Source of the DNA: Octopus sinensis
Lineage: Eukaryota
Direction of reading: 5' to 3'
DNA length: 64,000 bases
Assembly: GCF_006345805.1 (NCBI RefSeq)
Contig: NC_043001.1
Span: 11,594,001-11,658,000, forward strand
The notes below the pieces were generated by a model, which was given only the letters and a program-made list of their open reading frames with translations, ran no database searches and was not told the origin of the DNA. The position numbers were made by a program, and so were the translations under genes. Every line of letters begins with the position of its first letter. The first letter of the stretch is position 1. Shown here one piece after another: positions 26,193 through 39,028 of this stretch.

Positions 26193-27279
26193 ACATCGAC
26201 CCTAATATTAGAGTGTATTTTATCAACCCATTAACGATGAAACGAAAAGGTACCCTCGGTGGGATTTGAACTCCAGCACGTAAAATACCTAACGAAATAA
26301 CGCTAAACATTTCATCTGATGCAGTAGCGATTCATTCAGCTCCCTGTCTTTAAAATATATAAATAAGATGTTTTTTCCTATCAAAAACTTATTGATGTAA
26401 CATGACTTTTCCATACAAAGATAATAAAAAGTTTATTGAATTGTGTTGTAAATCCTAATAAGATTTCTTTTTATTTGTGTAGAGCTTTTATTTTCTGTAT
26501 TTGTAATGGAATAAGAAATGAAAGTCTATCGAATAATCAGGCATTTTTCACTAGATTTGCACCTGTAAGTATGTGCAGTTAGCAGTGAGCAGTAGAATGT
26601 TTTCGAATTTATTCATAAATCGTAATAAATCAAATGGAAATAATACCAACATAGAATTGTATGCAAAGGAAAATAAAGACGGAGAACAATATGTGTATGA
26701 TAAAATAATGCATACATATGCGATAATAAGGGTGTGGAGTATGCAAACATATTGAAAAAGCGAGAAGGAAATAGAGGAAGAATACTAGAGAGATATTGAG
26801 AATGAAGATGGTAAAAGAATTGCATATTACAGCGAAGTGCAATTTTGAAGTGAAAATGTATTGAGGGAAATGTATAAAAAAAAAAATTATATATAACAGC
26901 TCAGTCGTATAGTATAGTGTTTATTCTTATAAAAAATGTAATGACGTTGCATTTGTAGATGATCAGGAACAAAATGTTTGAAACTGATGTGAAAAGAGTG
27001 AAAAAATAAGTAGTGTTCTCACTGCACAAATATCTAAGAAAGTATTTGATTTATTCATGGGGATTACAGAAAGGAAAAAAAAAGGAAAAAACAAAACTAA
27101 AAAAAATCAATGGAGTTGTAAAAAAAAAAATATAACTAGAATACACAATTAAAACAAGTCCTTATATTTAAATAATAAGATACTTTTTCAGGGTAAAGTA
27201 AAAAGATTTAGTCATGTGAATAAATTGAATCTGCAGAATAGCATTTCAACATAGAACTATTTGTTTATAACAGCAGCAA

Positions 27280-27285
27280 CAGCCT

Positions 27286-27339
<54 letters not shown>

Positions 27340-27509
27340 TACTACTACTGATAATAGTAATGATAATAATAATGGTAACAACAACAACAACAATAATAAT
27401 AATAATAATAATAATAATGATAATAATAATAATGATGATGATGATAATAATAATAATAATAATAATAATATTAATAATAATAATAATAATAATGATAATA
27501 ATAATAATG

Positions 27510-27543
<34 letters not shown>

Positions 27544-27563
27544 TAATAATAATAATGATGATG

Positions 27564-27639
<76 letters not shown>

Positions 27640-27660
27640 TAATAATAATGATAATGACGA
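27280..27660. repeat. Long (CTA)/(AAC)/(AAT)/(GAT) trinucleotide tract
   Basis: Direct reading; source of the spurious poly-I, poly-Y and poly-L ORFs. Confidence 0.95.
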
Positions 27661-27923
27661 TAAAGATTTCTAACATACATTGTGTGTGAGAAATATTTTC
27701 ATAATATTTCTTTTTTTTTTTTGTAAATAAATATAATTTATTTATGTAGGAGCGATATAAATATTTCGAAACAAAAATATTGTAATGTTTGTCAATAAAA
27801 CGAAAGAAAATGATAGGATAGAATTTGCTATTCACATAGTACTTATAAAAAACTATGTAAAGTGTCTCGAAAAATTGAATATTCTGCACCACGGCATTGA
27901 AAGGTGGTGGGTATATATATATA

Positions 27924-27961
<38 letters not shown>

Positions 27962-27963
<2 letters not shown>

Positions 27964-28327
27964 AGTGGCTGTGTGGTAAGTAGCTTGCCTACCAACAACA
28001 TGGTCCGGGTTCAGTCCACTGCGTGGCACCTTGGGCAAGTGTCTTCTACTATAGCCTCGGGCCGACCAAAGCCCTGTGAGTGGATTTGGTAGACGGAAAC
28101 TGAAAGAAGCCCGTCGTATATATATATATATATATATATATATGCGTGTGTGTATTTGTGTGTCTGTGTTTTCCCCCTAGCATTGCTTGACAACCGATGC
28201 GGTTCGGCAAAACAGACCGATAGAATAAGTACTGGGCTTGCAAAAGAATGAGTCCCGGGGTCGAGTTGGTCGATTAAAGGCGGTGCTCCAGCATGGCCGC
28301 AGTCAAATAACTGAAACAAGTAAAAAA
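27962..28327 (+). mobile_element. SINE family B with small internal deletion
   Basis: Lacks ~25 bp between CCGATGC and GGTTCGGC. Confidence 0.88.
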
Positions 28328-28449
28328 GAAAAAAAAAAAATATATATATAAGATGTAGCACAACCAAATAAGAGAACTCGATCTCATTTCAAAATTCTAT
28401 TCACATCTCTCTGAATATGAACGTATCTATGTATGTGTGTGTATGTACG

Positions 28450-29260
28450 TATATCTACGTCAACACCACCACGCCTCTACCCTTGACAGCCGGTTTTATG
28501 GTCATGTCTTTGCGGAGTGTGAAACATTGAAGTGCCGAAAGTTCGGCTGGGGTGATGTTCAGATGCCAAGGACGACTGTGAGAGTTAAATCAGTCCACAA
28601 CACATTGGCAGATCCTCGCAAAATGATCGACCGCTTGGAATTGGCCAGGAGCCGGCATCCAGTGGGATGGTCGGCGGCCCAGGTCGGTGAAGCAGCCCTC
28701 TTCGTTATATGCAGGTGGAGTGCTGTGGAACAATGCATGTAGCCGGACACCGCGCACAGAGCTATGAATATCAGTACTGATCTGAAATTCGTTATTGGAT
28801 GGAGTGAAAGGGTGAAGCGGCGACACCGTACTGCGAAGAGAGCGCTCTGACTCGAAGAGGGGAAGATGAGGAGGAATGGCAACAACAGACTGAAGTAGGG
28901 AGGGGTGGATGCGGCAAATGTGTTGGGGTAATGGAAAACTGGAGGGAAGAGTCGAGGGGTAAGGGTGTGGGGGGTTGGTGTGAGGGAGGGGTTGGGGTGA
29001 GGAGGAGGAGGAGAAAGCATATCGGGTTCGATGGAACGAAGTTGTGAGTGGGGTTTACGTTGTTGAGTGCGAATGAGAAATTCACGGAAGAGATTATTTA
29101 AATGGATTATGTAGCGTGAGCATAGACAGGAGGAAAAGTTGGAATAAGCGAGAGGGAAGAGGCAGTCGATGTGTGTGTATTTCGGAGAGACTGGAACAAA
29201 TGGCGGCACCCAAAAGGCGGTGCGGTAGGATGTAGTACAGAGTATGAGTGGGATGGCTGA
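28450..29260 (-). pseudogene. Penelope-like element ORF, N-terminal (pre-RT) remnant
   Basis: RGVRLHALF..PSHWMPAPGQFQAVDHF..LNITPAELSAL..TIKPAVKGRGVVVL resembles the PLE 'NLT..E..AL..L..IKPADKG..VV' region; contains stops. Confidence 0.6.
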
Positions 29261-29340
29261 AGCAAATGTATATACATATATATATATGAAAAAACAAGTC
29301 AAAAATAGAAAATGCTAAAATAATTTTATAGTGAACATTT

Positions 29341-29378
29341 CAGTACCGGTTTCGGTCATTTTGAGACCTTTTCAACTG
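29341..29378 (-). ncRNA. Compact type I hammerhead, U3-A8 core variant
   Basis: CAG-TTGAAAA-GGTC(TCAAAAT)GACC-GAAAC-CG-GTA-CTG; palindromic stem III ACCGGT. Confidence 0.65.
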
Positions 29379-30109
29379 TAACGATTAAATAATAAAATTT
29401 TGAAAAATTAGAAGAAAAGTTTTTTTAAAGGAATATTTCTATAGTAGTGTTCAGATATAAGTGGCATTCTGCCTTTCTCTGACTCCCTTGTTTGCACTTG
29501 TGTGTTCGAGGTCGTTGTGAGTTCTTGGTAGGGTAGTAGAGGAAGAAGGCTGGTGAGGAAAGGGGAGTGGGAGAATCTGGGAGTGCCCTGATGGTCGTAT
29601 TTTGAATGGTCAGTGGCGGCTGGCAGTCTCAGTTCAATTCAGGAGAATATTTATATTGACAGGCTTGTTTATAGAATTAGCGTAGGTGTTTTACTAAAAA
29701 AACATTAGTGACAAAGTTAAGGGGTAGGGGGTGGAGAAGTAGAAGAAGAAGAAGAAGAAGAAGAAGAAGGAGAAGGAGAAGGAGAAGATGACGATGATGG
29801 TGATGGTGGTGATGGTTATGACGACGATGATGATGATAATGATGATGATGAAGAAGAAGAAGAAGAAGAAGAAGGAGGAGAAGGAGAAGATGGTGGTGAT
29901 GATGGTGGTGATGATGATGACGACGATGATGATGATAATGATGATGATGAAGAAGAAGAGGAAGAAGAAGAAGAAGAAAAAAACAGAGAAGGGAGAATAT
30001 GAATGGGTGTAAGTATAGCTATGAAGGGGCTGATTAGTAATGGATTCTATGAGTGTAATATTTGTGTGTGTTATATATATTTTTCTTTTATTCTAAAGTT
30101 GAGGTATTT

Positions 30110-31165
30110 AATTGTTGTCGTAGACCCGTTAAGAAGTGGCTTGTATTTTGTAATAAAGAGATTTTCTTTACTTATTCGTTGTCTCGAGGTTGTATCGTCC
30201 CTAAATTGGTAGAGGGGGAAAATTCTGAAGTTTGGTGTTTTTTTGTTGGCGCAAGTATCTATGTGTTGGCTAAAAGCTATTTTTTGTTTGTTTTGGGAAT
30301 TTTTATCTGGGATCTGTGCAGGGCCATTCGTTTACGCAAACCATTTTTTGTTTGGCCTATGTACTGCTCTTGACACCCGGAGCAGGTTAGTGAGTATATT
30401 AGGTTCTCCGAAGCACATGTGAAGTTGCTTTTCACTGTAAACCGTTGTCCCTGTTTGAAGGAGAACTCTGATCCCTCATTAGATAGTCGCATATCCCGCA
30501 ATTGGGTCTTCCACATTTTTTTACTGTCGGCTTCTGTGTTGAAGAGTGAATTCGGGCTTGTGTAAGGAGACTTTTCATGGATCTAGGCTGTCTTTTGCTT
30601 TTTATGATCGTGTGTGTTTGGAGGATTGTGTTCATTCTGTGGTCTTTTTTTAGGAGGGGTATGTTGTGGAGGATGGTGTCGAAGGCTTCGTTATTGAGAG
30701 GGTTGTGTGTGGAGATGTATGGTAAGGCTTTTGGTTGTAAGTTTTTCTTTGATTTGGGATGTCTCAGTTCCTTGATGTTAAGTTGAAGGCACGTTGAATG
30801 CACTTGTCAATAAGTGAAGGTGGATAGTTCCTGGTGATTAGGGTATCTTTTAGTTCTTGTAGTCGTGTGTCTCTGGTGTTTGCGTTAGAGACTATAGTGC
30901 ATATCCTTTTTGCTAGATTGAAGGGGATATTCATCCTGGTGTGTCTGGGGTGGCATGAATTGAATGGAAGATATTGCTTAGAGTCTGTAGGCTTATAGTA
31001 TATGTCTGTTTCTATTATATTATTAGCTTTCTTAATGAGGATATCGAGGAAGGGGAGTTGTTGTTGGCTATATTCCATCGTGAATTGGATGTTTACGTCC
31101 AGTCCGTTTAAAATTTTCTGGAATTCTATGAGTTTTTCTATATTTTTATGCCATTTTATACATAT
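30110..31165 (-). pseudogene. Penelope-like element RT C-terminus plus GIY-YIG endonuclease (5'-truncated, frameshifted)
   Basis: LPFLDILI..TDIYYKPTDSKQYLPFNSCHP; KKCGRPNCGIC; NLIYSLTCSGCQEQYIGQT..R..LH; ..KENLFITKYKPLLN. Confidence 0.92.
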
Positions 31166-31166
31166 C

Positions 31167-31378
31167 GCCATGTTGATTCGCTAGCCTCTGCACGCATTTT
31201 TTTTCTCTCCTTGTTTCTCTCTGTGTTTCTTTTCTGTGTATCTTTCTGTTGAAGAGCGTAGGCTCGAAACGTAAAAGACTTGTTTTATTTATATTCCTGA
31301 GCGCCATACTAATACAATTGCTTGTTTGTATTCCACCTGCCTTCGTCTTTTGTTTATTTTCATAAAGCTTCCCGTTAT
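31167..31378 (+). mobile_element. PLE-type terminal repeat D, inverted relative to the adjacent PLE ORF; minimal HHR-like motif at 31241-31278
   Basis: TCTTT-CTGTTGA-A-GAGC(GTAG)GCTC-GAAAC-GTA-AAAGA; abuts the 5' truncation point of the RT. Confidence 0.75.
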
Positions 31379-31386
31379 ATATATAT

Positions 31387-31420
<34 letters not shown>

Positions 31421-31830
31421 TGGTAAAAACGGTAAGATAACAAAAGAAAGAGACCTCAATATTATGTAAATAGAAGAAATTTATCTATAAAATAATATGA
31501 CAAACAATTATTCAATAGTCAAGATAAAACTCTGAGTTTCAGATGCCGAGGTGGAAATCCACAAAACCATCTCTTCAGTTATCTGGCCAGCCTTGTCACA
31601 CACTGTGGCACGCTGAATCTCCTCAAGAACTACGTTAAAGGTACACGTATCTGTGAAGTGCTCAGCCACTTGCACGTTAATAAAGGAGCCGTGACGTCAC
31701 TGGTGCCAAGCTGTATCGGTTTCTTTGCCAGATAACCGAAGAGATGGTTTTGTGGATTTCCACCTCGGCATCCGAAACTCAGAGTTTTAATCTTGGCTAT
31801 TGAATAATTGTCACATATTATTTTACAGAT
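31421..31830. mobile_element. PLE-type terminal repeat E as ~104-bp inverted repeats flanking a captured SINE C2 piece
   Basis: Arms 31483-31587 and 31727-31830, each with an HHR-like motif; insert 31588-31726 resembles 32571-32714. Confidence 0.8.
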
Positions 31831-31839
31831 ATATATACA

Positions 31840-31903
<64 letters not shown>

Positions 31904-31910
31904 ATATAAT

Positions 31911-32335
31911 ATATTTATACTATAAAATTGGATTTAATCTAAATCTGATTTTTTCCTGTAAGTTTGGATTTATTCCATAATATTTTATTATTAATTAATA
32001 TATTGATAAATTACGTATATTGAGTGTAATATCTCAACTTCGTAAATTATGGAAGTTACAGGTAAGATAGAACCGCTATTTTGGAATTCATCAATGAAGG
32101 ATATTCCAATACCTTCTAGGAAAGAATATATTTTGATAAATTAATTAATTATATGTATTGGCTTATGTTTTTCATTGTTTGATTTGCATAATAGTGGTTT
32201 TATCTCTAATTTAATATAATATAATATAATATATATAATATAATATAATATATTTATACTATAAAATTGGATTTAATCCTAAATCTGATTTTTCCCTGTA
32301 AGTTTGGATTTATTCCCTAATATTTTATTATTAAT
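31911..32335 (+). repeat. ~90-bp direct repeats (31911-32000 and 32250-32335) in an AT-rich, (TA)n-bounded unit (family F)
   Basis: ATATTTATACTATAAAATTGGATTTAATC..TATTTTATTATTAAT occurs twice; PLE terminal-repeat origin is inferred. Confidence 0.65.
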
Positions 32336-32355
32336 ATATATATATATGAATGTAT

Positions 32356-32864
32356 GTGGAGGCGCTATGGCCCAGTGGTTTGGGCAGCGGACTTGTGGTC
32401 GTAGGATCGTTGTTTCGTATGCTGGACCAAGCATTATGAGTGTTTATTGAGCGAAAACACCTAAAGCTCCACCAGGCTCCGGCAGGGACTGGTGGTGAAC
32501 CCTGCTGTAATCTTTCACAACATTCTCTCACTCTTTTTTCCTGTTTCTCTTCTACCTGTATTTCAAAGGGGCCAGTCTTGTCACACACTGTGTCACGCTG
32601 AATCTCCTCAAGAACTACGTTAAGGGTACACGTGTCTGAGGAGTGCTCAGCCACTTGCACGTTAATAAATGAGCTGTGAGGTCACTGGTGCCAAGCTGTA
32701 TCGGCTTCTTTGCCTTTCTCTTGGATAACATCGGTGGTGAGGAGAGGGGAAGCTGCTATGCATGGACGACTGCTTGTCCTCCGTATACAAACTTTCGCAG
32801 ACTTGTGCCTCGGAAGGTAATTTTCTAGGTGCATTCCCATGGTCATTCATGACCGAAGGGCGTC
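32356..32864 (+). mobile_element. SINE family C with a different, longer 3' tail (C2)
   Basis: C head and body up to CACGTTAAT, then an unrelated ~200-bp tail ending GGTCATTCATGACCGAAGGGCGTC. Confidence 0.8.
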
Positions 32865-32902
32865 ACAAATTATATATATTATATATATATATAATATATA
32901 AT

Positions 32903-32941
<39 letters not shown>

Positions 32942-32989
32942 TCTGTATATATATAATATTTATAGTCTATAATTTATAATTTATATATA

Positions 32990-33116
32990 TAATTCTGTAG
33001 AAGAGCGTAGGGTCGAACGTAAAAGACTTTTTCTATTCCTGAGCGTTATGCTAATATATCTGTTTGTTTTGTACACCACCTGTCTTCGTCTAATTTTTTT
33101 TCGTAAATTCTCCCAT

Positions 33117-33118
<2 letters not shown>
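32990..33118 (+). mobile_element. Degenerate family D terminal repeat
   Basis: CTGTAGAAGAGCGTAGGGTCGAACGTAAAAGAC..TTCTCCCATATATA. Confidence 0.7.
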
Positions 33119-33166
<48 letters not shown>

Positions 33167-33209
33167 ATACATAAATATATATACATACATATATATACGT
33201 ATATATGTA

Positions 33210-33256
<47 letters not shown>

Positions 33257-33325
33257 GTATATATGTATATATGTATATATATATATCAATATATACATAA
33301 TATATATATATTACATATAATACAT

Positions 33326-33384
<59 letters not shown>

Positions 33385-33899
33385 CATATATATATAGTAT
33401 GTGTGTGTGGTATATGTGTATTATGTATATATTTATATATATATATATGTATATGTATGTGTGTGTATATGTATATATGTGTATATATATGAGTGTACGC
33501 GAGTATGTCGATGTATATGTAGGTATGTAGAGTTATGTGTATGTGCATGTATGTGAGTGTAGATACAAATTGTAGATGCGTATATATATGTGTGTGTATA
33601 TATACATGTATATAGGTATATGTATGTGTATGTATATATATATATATATATATTATGTATATGCGAGTATGTAGAGATATAAGTATGTGCATGTGTATAT
33701 ATATGTGTGTATATATATGTATAGGTATGTGTATGTGTATGTATGTATATATATATATGTGTGTGTGTATGTATGCATATATGTATGTATGTATGTATGT
33801 ATATGTGTATGTATATATATGTGTGTAAGTGTGTGTATATATGTATATGTAAGTGTGTGTGCGTGTATGAGTATGTATGTATGTTTGCACACATGTATA

Positions 33900-33985
<86 letters not shown>

Positions 33986-34199
33986 GTGTGTATGTGTATG
34001 TATGTATGTATATATATGCGTGTGTATGTGTATATGTACATATACGTGTACGCTCGTGTGTTTATGTATATGTAGGTACGTAGAGTTATCTATGTGTGTA
34101 TGTATTTGTACATGTGTGTAAGTATGTATATATATATATATGTGTATATGTGTGGTGTATCTATATATGTATATATGTATATGTATATATATGTGTGTA

Positions 34200-34280
<81 letters not shown>

Positions 34281-34641
34281 GGTGTAAGTTTATATGTATG
34301 TATCCGTCTATATATAGGTAACTGCACGTACATATACTTAATATTTATTATTTATTTTTTGAGTATGCATGTATGAATAACTGCGCGTATATATATTTTA
34401 CTATTTACTTATTTTTTGAGTATGCATGTAAGTATGAATATAAGGAGGCACGTGTTGTGTGTGTATGTGTAGCATAGATATATGTATACTTTTACGCATG
34501 TGTGTGTGTGTGTGTATGGGTACGCATGTACATGTGTATGTGCGTGTATGTGTATATGAGTATGTATGTAGTGTGTGCGTATATTTGTATATGTATGTAT
34601 GTATATGTATGGTATGTGTATAATGTATAATATATTATAAT

Positions 34642-34693
<52 letters not shown>

Positions 34694-35427
34694 CTGTGTG
34701 TGTATGTGTATGTATGTATATGTATATGCGTATGTGTATGTATTGTATGTGTATGCATGCGCGTATATATATGTACGTATATGTATACGTGTGGGTGTGT
34801 GTATGTGTATAATGTATGTATGTATGGATGTATGGATGTATGTATGTATGTATACGTTGTAGTGTATGTGTGTATATGTATGTATGTGTATGTGTTTCTA
34901 TTATAATATATATATTGTATATGTGTATGTGTATGTATATGTATATATTATATATATATATGTATATATATGTATGTATATATATGTGATATGTATATAA
35001 TGTATATATATATATATACATGTATGTATTGTATGTAGGTGTATATGTATGTGTGTGTATTTATATTTATTGGTGTATATGTATAGACTAGCCTTCTAAG
35101 AGTGTAGACATGAATCTGTAGGTACGCGTACGTATGTTATATACGTGAATGTATGTAGATGTATGTATGTATGAATATAACGCGTGCGTGCGTGTATGTG
35201 TATGAGTGTACGAATGAGTGAGTGTACGTGCTAAAGAGTGTGCGTGAGTAAATGAGTGCTTGTTTTCCAGTAGACAGATAAATGGACTGGCTGTCATAGC
35301 CAAGATGTTTGTGACCAGCGATCAAAGATAACAAAAGTAATAAATGAAGATATAAAATTAAAATTAGGAATGGGTCTGTATTTGTATGTGTATATATTGT
35401 GTGTATGTGTAGTATGCATAGGTACAC

Positions 35428-35473
<46 letters not shown>

Positions 35474-35830
35474 GTATGTGTGTGTATATTGTGTGTATGT
35501 GTATATATGTGTATATAGGGACTAGTGTGCTGTGTGTGCATATGTGTGTGTGGATATGTGTGTGTATGCGTGTATGTGAGTATGTGTGTGTATGTGTATA
35601 TATATGTTTCTGTGTGTATATGTATGTGTGGTCGTGTGTGTATATATACATGTGTGTATACGTGTATGCATGTGAGTGTGTGTATGTATACATATATGTG
35701 TATGTGTAGATATGTATATGTATGTGTGTGTATATATATGCATATATGTGTGGGTGTACGTATGTGTGTATGTATATGTATATATGTTTGTATGTGTGTG
35801 TATATATGTATACATATGTGCATAGGTATA
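33118..35830. repeat. ~2.7-kb compound (TA)/(TG)/(TATG) microsatellite field
   Basis: Direct reading. Confidence 0.95.
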
Positions 35831-37095
35831 AGTGAGAATCTCCTTATTTACCTAAAACTCTATTCCCTTTCTTTATATATATTTTTATATATTTTTTTAT
35901 TATATTTTTTTTATTTTTTTACTTATTCTTCTATCTAATTTAACACTGACTCCTTGACCACCCCCCCAAGTATGATATTTTGCGCTATGCCTACCCCCAA
36001 AAAGTCCCCCACCAACACCCCTTTAAACCTGCCTAAATGTATAAATGCCAATACAATTCTTGTTAACTAGCTTCCTGAAGATTTCTCTTGAATGAAACAG
36101 TTGTAGTCCTGTAGAAGCTCCTTCTATATAATAAATTAATTTTACTCTACTATGTATTGAGTACCTTATTTACTGTGGTTAACCCCGAATCAACCCGGGA
36201 CCTACATATATATATACATATATATATCCCTTTACTTTTGAATTATATAAAAATTCCTCGATAGTTTGAGGAAACGTTACTTGTTTTGTGAAAACCCTGT
36301 TAGACCTCTGGCCTCGTGGCAGCAATTAACTTTCTTATTTCTACATTCAGTTACATCTATTAAATCAAATATCTGACCTTCCCTGAAAAGAGTAAGATTC
36401 CCTTTTATAAAATGCATTTGTTTTGTGCTTTACTGACGTAGATGAGGAATATTCTCAAAGAATTCTCGTGTTTCCCTTGAGATTTATTTATATTTCATCT
36501 GCAAAAGAAAAGAATCTATTTATCTTTATTCTCTATTCTGGATAATTATTGTTAAAATCTATATTACCGGTGGCATAAAGCATAGAATTAAAAAAAAACT
36601 ATGCTTGTTGACAAACGTGTGTATGTATGAATCCGTTTGTTTGTTATCTGAATCTTGCTTCTAACTATTTCATCTCATTTCGATATGAATCCTTTATCGA
36701 ATCATACTTTATTCATAATACTTATATCTTTATCTCTGAGTTTGAATGAGGCTAATGATTCTTTAATGAGTACCGTGCTTTAGGAGTGTCCAATATATTT
36801 GGCATTTCTCGGCATTGATTTCTCTAACACGTGAAATAAATCAATAATTAAATATATCTTTATCATTACAATATAGGACACCACAACTTATAGCATCCAT
36901 ATTCGATTCTAACACTTGATTGTAATTTGGAATCCATATTAGATTCTAACACTTAGTTGTAATTTGGAATACTGCGAGTATTCTAGAACACAGAGGCTCA
37001 TATGGCATTAAGTGGATGCGAGGAAATCCCTCTCAATATTCTCTGTAGAATTAGGGTTTCTCAGAAGTTGATGTTGTAGCGCTGGTTAAACTTAT

Positions 37096-37455
37096 AAAGC
37101 TGCTTTTCCGTTCTTTAAACACTGCCTATTTGTACTCATTGTCTCTGTCCTTACTATCATTTCCGTTAACTTCTGTAGCCATCGATGGATGTCGAACACC
37201 CTACTCCCCTCCTATGTCACGAGGTCTGTAGTGGTACGAGGCTTCTACTTGTAATCCATCTTTTGCATGCTTCGATAAATAACAGTAAGGAGAGCCACTA
37301 TGTCACTTTAAAAACAGCTACTCCACTAACAAATACAATTGGAATGGCATATTTCAGTTAATAACAAAAGATTATTTTGCTTTTGCAGTATCTCGGCTGA
37401 ACCGTCGTATAAGCGGACTGCATTATAAATACGCCATTTTATCGTAACATTTTAT
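37096..37455 (-). repeat. Inverted copy of 39659-40019 (mariner 5' end plus 46 bp of flank)
   Basis: Reverse-complement match; flanked by GCTGGTTAAAC at 37081-37091 and 37462-37472. Confidence 0.9.
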
Positions 37456-37869
37456 CGTAAAGCTGGTTAAACACTGATACGCATGATAAAAAACAAAATG
37501 TAAAGCCTGTGACCACCTTGTTGTTTTGCATCTCTAGGTCTAAACTGCACAATATGAGTATATTTCTGAAGAGGTTAGTAACGTAAGTTCGTATTTGAAA
37601 AAAAGGAATTTGATGCTATATTCATGGCAGCAACCGTGTAGAGTCGCTGGTGTCATCTGCGTAACAGGAGTATTCCATGTTATTGTATATCTTAATGCGA
37701 CACCCAGAACCTGGCAAAATGTTTAACTTAGCGAGCCCCGAATAATTCGAAGGTTGTTTCTCTAAGAGGAATATGGCCAGTTGCAGCCCTTTCTGTTTTT
37801 TGTGGTAAACCGAAATCGATTCTGAACTTTTAGAGATAATAAACTTACTGAAGCAACTCATTTAGTTTT

Positions 37870-38275
37870 GAGGTGTAAGCTAACTGATTGGTTTAGGAAA
37901 ATCTCATCGCAATCACGTGGTTTCCCCTTGAGTCCCACTGCGCGGCATTTTGAACAAGCGGCTTCTACTATAGCTCCGGGACGACCAATGCCTTGTGAGT
38001 GAATTTGGTAGACGGAGACTATATGGAAGCTCCCTATTATATGTGTGTGTGTATGTTTGCGTGCACGCGCGCGTGTTTTTGTTCATCCATCACTTGGCTA
38101 CCGATATTGGTTTGTTTACGACTCTGAAACTTAGCGGTTCGCTTCAAGTCCGATAGAATGAGAAACAGGCTTCAAAATAAGCATTTGGATTGATTTTTTC
38201 TCCTCCACTATACTCTTCAAACGGTGTCACAGCATGGTCTCAGTCCAATGATTGAAACAAGAAAAATTAAAAGAT
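37870..38275 (+). mobile_element. Old, degenerate SINE B
   Basis: Head, CORE-like block and 3' tail recognisable. Confidence 0.65.
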
Positions 38276-38725
38276 AAACGATCAAATAGGCAAAACTTCA
38301 ATTAAAAATCAAATAGAAATAAGAAAGCGAAAAATATGTCTGATATTTGAAAGCCATTGTGAGACAAATCCGTATATGTTTCGGTATTATTGGACCTCTT
38401 TTATGAAGTAGAATCCACTTAATAAGATTCAATACGACAATTTCTCTTCTCCACATCGGCAATATCATTGTCATGAAGAAATTTTGTTCAGGCAATTCCC
38501 CAATATTTTAGTTTTATGTGAATGTGACGGTCAGCGTTAATATCTATACAGATAATATAAACGTTTCGAATTATCTAATGTTATGTGTTGAAGACATTTT
38601 AGTTAGAGGAAAGAACAAACTTCTATTGTAGTCAATACTCCCGTTAGATTTGTTTCTTCATGGTAATAATTCTTGTTGTAATATGTATATATATATATAT
38701 GTATGTATGTCTGTCTGTCTGTATG

Positions 38726-38769
<44 letters not shown>

Positions 38770-38978
38770 TATATATATATGAATAATTGAAAGAATGGAG
38801 TCGAACGAAGATGTTAACAAAATTCCTTTACTCTCAACATATTTCTGCACATGAATCCGGAGTTTCTACCCTTGACAGGTCGCTTCAACCGTGTCTCTGA
38901 CGTGAAATTGCTACCCAGGTTTCGGTTAAACGAATTTTCCATGCTGACGATAAACATAGGATAATTCATTCACCTATT

Positions 38979-39028
<50 letters not shown>

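Noticed and set aside
32085-32140. AATGA-AGG..CCT..GGAAA in family F
   Set aside because: Core too degenerate to call a ribozyme.
27257-35938. Long ORFs rich in I/Y/H/T/C/V (for example 27257-27892, 33090-33890, 35137-35823; also 58199-58849)
   Set aside because: They are translations of microsatellites, with no coding signal.
36895-36968. 37-bp tandem duplication
   Set aside because: Real but ordinary slippage, with only two units; not CRISPR-like.
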